From a bacterium (GTDB lineage: Bacteria > Bacteroidota > Ignavibacteria > UBA10030): a stretch of DNA of 64,000 nucleotides. The position numbers and the translations under genes were made by a program. Below are positions 62,432-64,000 of the stretch, one piece after another (the first letter of the stretch is position 1; each line of letters opens with the position of its first letter). The stretch spans positions 13,671-77,670 of the forward strand of contig JAZDJN010000091.1 in assembly GCA_043803945.1 (NCBI GenBank). The letters are read 5' to 3'. The notes under the pieces are model-generated. The model was not told the origin of the DNA. It made no database searches and saw only the letters and a list, made by a program, of their open reading frames with translations.

Positions 62432-64000
62432 TCAGTTTTCTTTTTGTTCTTCGCGTCCTTTGTGTCCTTCGTGGTTGAACTTTTCGTCCAAGCTTCTAGG
62501 TGTGGAATCAACATCCGGAATTGATTCTGCAAAATACTCTTTGATCTTTTGTGAGACCTTTGCTCCGACGATTTCAGATAATTGCTCTTCTGAAGCAAAC
62601 CGAACTCCTTGAACAGATCCAAATGCCTCCAGGAGTTCCTGCGCCCGTTTTTTCCCGATCCCGCGAATGAGATCTAACTCCGTATTGAGAATCCGTTTTG
62701 ATCGTACAGTACGGTGGTAGGTGATAGCAAACCGGTGTGCTTCATCTCGAATCTGCTGCAACAAGCGCAAACTCGAGGAGGTGCGCGGCAAGACAATGGG
62801 ATCCTGGTGGGCAGGCAGAAATATCTCTTCCAGCCGTTTTGCAAGACCGATCGAAGGAATAGTGTGAATGCCAATGTTTTCCAGGACTTCCACTGCGCTG
62901 GAGAGCTGACCTTTTCCTCCATCGATCATGATCAGATCCGGGAGTGTTTCCTTTTCTTCCAGAACCCGTGTATACCGCCGGCGAATCACCTCCTGCATGC
63001 TCGCAAAATCGTCGGGGCCCTGGACCGTCCGGATCCGGAATTTACGATACTCGCTCTTTTTCGGTTTGGCATCGACAAACACGACCAGCGAGGCAACTGT
63101 ATCACTTCCCTGAATATTTGAAATATCGAAACATTCGATCCGTCGCGGCGCCGCCGGTAAGCGAAGGTCACGCTGAAGCGATTGCACTGAATGTGGAATC
63201 AATTCGCCGCGCTTGAGCAGCTGCAGTTCGAGTTCCTGCAACAGATACTCGGCATTCCTCTTAACCAGTCCAACGAGCTTATACTTCTCACCCGCTTTGG
63301 GAACCTCAAAAGAAATTTTTTTCTGATATCGTTCCGAAAGCCAATCTTGTAGAAGCTGGATCGAAGAGACAGCAGCGGAGAGAACAATTTCATCGGGCAT
63401 ATCATCGACATCGAGATAATAACGCTCCAGAAGAGTCTCAAGGATCTCGCCCTCCTCCTTCCCTGCAACATTCGCCATGGCAAAATGCCTGCTGCCGATG
63501 AGTTTACCATCCCGTACCCGAAAGACGACACCGAAAGCATCGTCATCTTTCAGAGCGACGCCGAGGATATCACGATCCACCTTATTGGGATCGAGAACTT
63601 TTTGCCGCTGAGAATACACCGAGAGGGCGCGCAGCCGATCACGCGTCATGGCAGCGTCCTCAAACCGGAGATTCCCGGCATGCTCTTCCATTTCTTGATG
63701 GAGCACAACGACGACAGATTCTGTCTTCCCTCTGAGGATCTGTGCTACCTTCTCAATCATCGCATGGTACTTCTCCCGGGTAACGTACCCCTCACACGGT
63801 CCGTCACATTTTTTTATGTGATAATCCAGGCAGATTTTAAACTTCCCGGCGGTAATGGACTCCGCTGACAAATCGTAATTGCAGCTCCGGATCATAAAAA
63901 TATCACGTACCGTTTTGAGTGCAGAACGCATGGAACGGACATCGGTATAGGGGCCGAAGTATCGCGAGCCATCATTCACGATGCGGCGGGTGACAAAGAC
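62432..64000 (-). CDS. uvrC: Excinuclease ABC subunit C (N-terminal GIY-YIG part lies beyond the right edge)
   Basis: The frame is open to the window end (..VTRRIVNDGSRYFGPYT..). It has UVR, RNase-H-like endonuclease and C-terminal (HhH)2 regions (IRGIGKKRAQELLEAFGSVQGV). The last ~15 codons (..NHEGHKGREEQKEN) read into a heptamer-repeat element. Confidence 0.93.
   Translation of the reverse strand, partial: VFVTRRIVNDGSRYFGPYTDVRSMRSALKTVRDIFMIRSCNYDLSAESITAGKFKICLDYHIKKCDGPCEGYVTREKYHAMIEKVAQILRGKTESVVVVLHQEMEEHAGNLRFEDAAMTRDRLRALSVYSQRQKVLDPNKVDRDILGVALKDDDAFGVVFRVRDGKLIGSRHFAMANVAGKEEGEILETLLERYYLDVDDMPDEIVLSAAVSSIQLLQDWLSERYQKKISFEVPKAGEKYKLVGLVKRNAEYLLQELELQLLKRGELIPHSVQSLQRDLRLPAAPRRIECFDISNIQGSDTVASLVVFVDAKPKKSEYRKFRIRTVQGPDDFASMQEVIRRRYTRVLEEKETLPDLIMIDGGKGQLSSAVEVLENIGIHTIPSIGLAKRLEEIFLPAHQDPIVLPRTSSSLRLLQQIRDEAHRFAITYHRTVRSKRILNTELDLIRGIGKKRAQELLEAFGSVQGVRFASEEQLSEIVGAKVSQKIKEYFAESIPDVDSTPRSLDEKFNHEGHKGREEQKEN

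Overview
64-kb window, probably from an FCB-group bacterium (Ignavibacteria/Bacteroidota-like). The cues are a T9SS C-terminal sorting domain, a fused CcoN-CcoO, and an ActB with a variant (RK, not RR) TAT-like signal. Coding is dense and mostly on the minus strand. Left third (1-26.4 kb): a GntR regulator fragment, a GAF-PP2C phosphatase, two large sensor kinases, a 1154-aa T9SS-secreted repeat protein, an M28 peptidase fused to a BNR propeller, an exported thioredoxin-like/TPR protein, an arylsulfatase, a frameshifted outer-membrane barrel, tRNA-Phe inside a repeat-rich 1-kb spacer, acyl-CoA dehydrogenase, an SDR, glmS and pgeF. Middle (26.8-53.9 kb): pyrR-pyrB-pyrC with a structured leader. 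This is followed by one tightly packed 14-gene minus-strand operon for alternative complex III (actA-F), a membrane cytochrome c, SCO1, an aa3-type oxidase (ctaD-coxC-coxD-coxB), a polytopic cytochrome c protein and ctaB. Divergent from it is a cbb3 oxidase cluster (ccoI-ccoS-ccoNO-ccoQ-ccoP-ccoG-fixH plus a DsbD_2-like gene). Right end (54-64 kb): a ChbG-like deacetylase, tRNA-Val flanked by partial copies of itself, a small accessory region, a PAS hybrid kinase and uvrC (partial). The accessory region holds a MazF-like toxin, a small antitoxin, a proteasome-type Ntn hydrolase, an integrase remnant, an FGE-domain lipoprotein and a membrane protein. Two leads stand out. (1) A translationally coupled three-gene operon joins a propeptide-less, Ser1 proteasome-beta/HslV-like hydrolase to a MazEF-like toxin-antitoxin pair. 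(2) An in-frame TGA sits at the first position of the CxxC motif of the exported thioredoxin-like/TPR protein, followed by a SECIS-like hairpin, which suggests a UxxC selenoprotein. All calls rest on reading motifs in the supplied translations and DNA; no database search or RNA folding was run.
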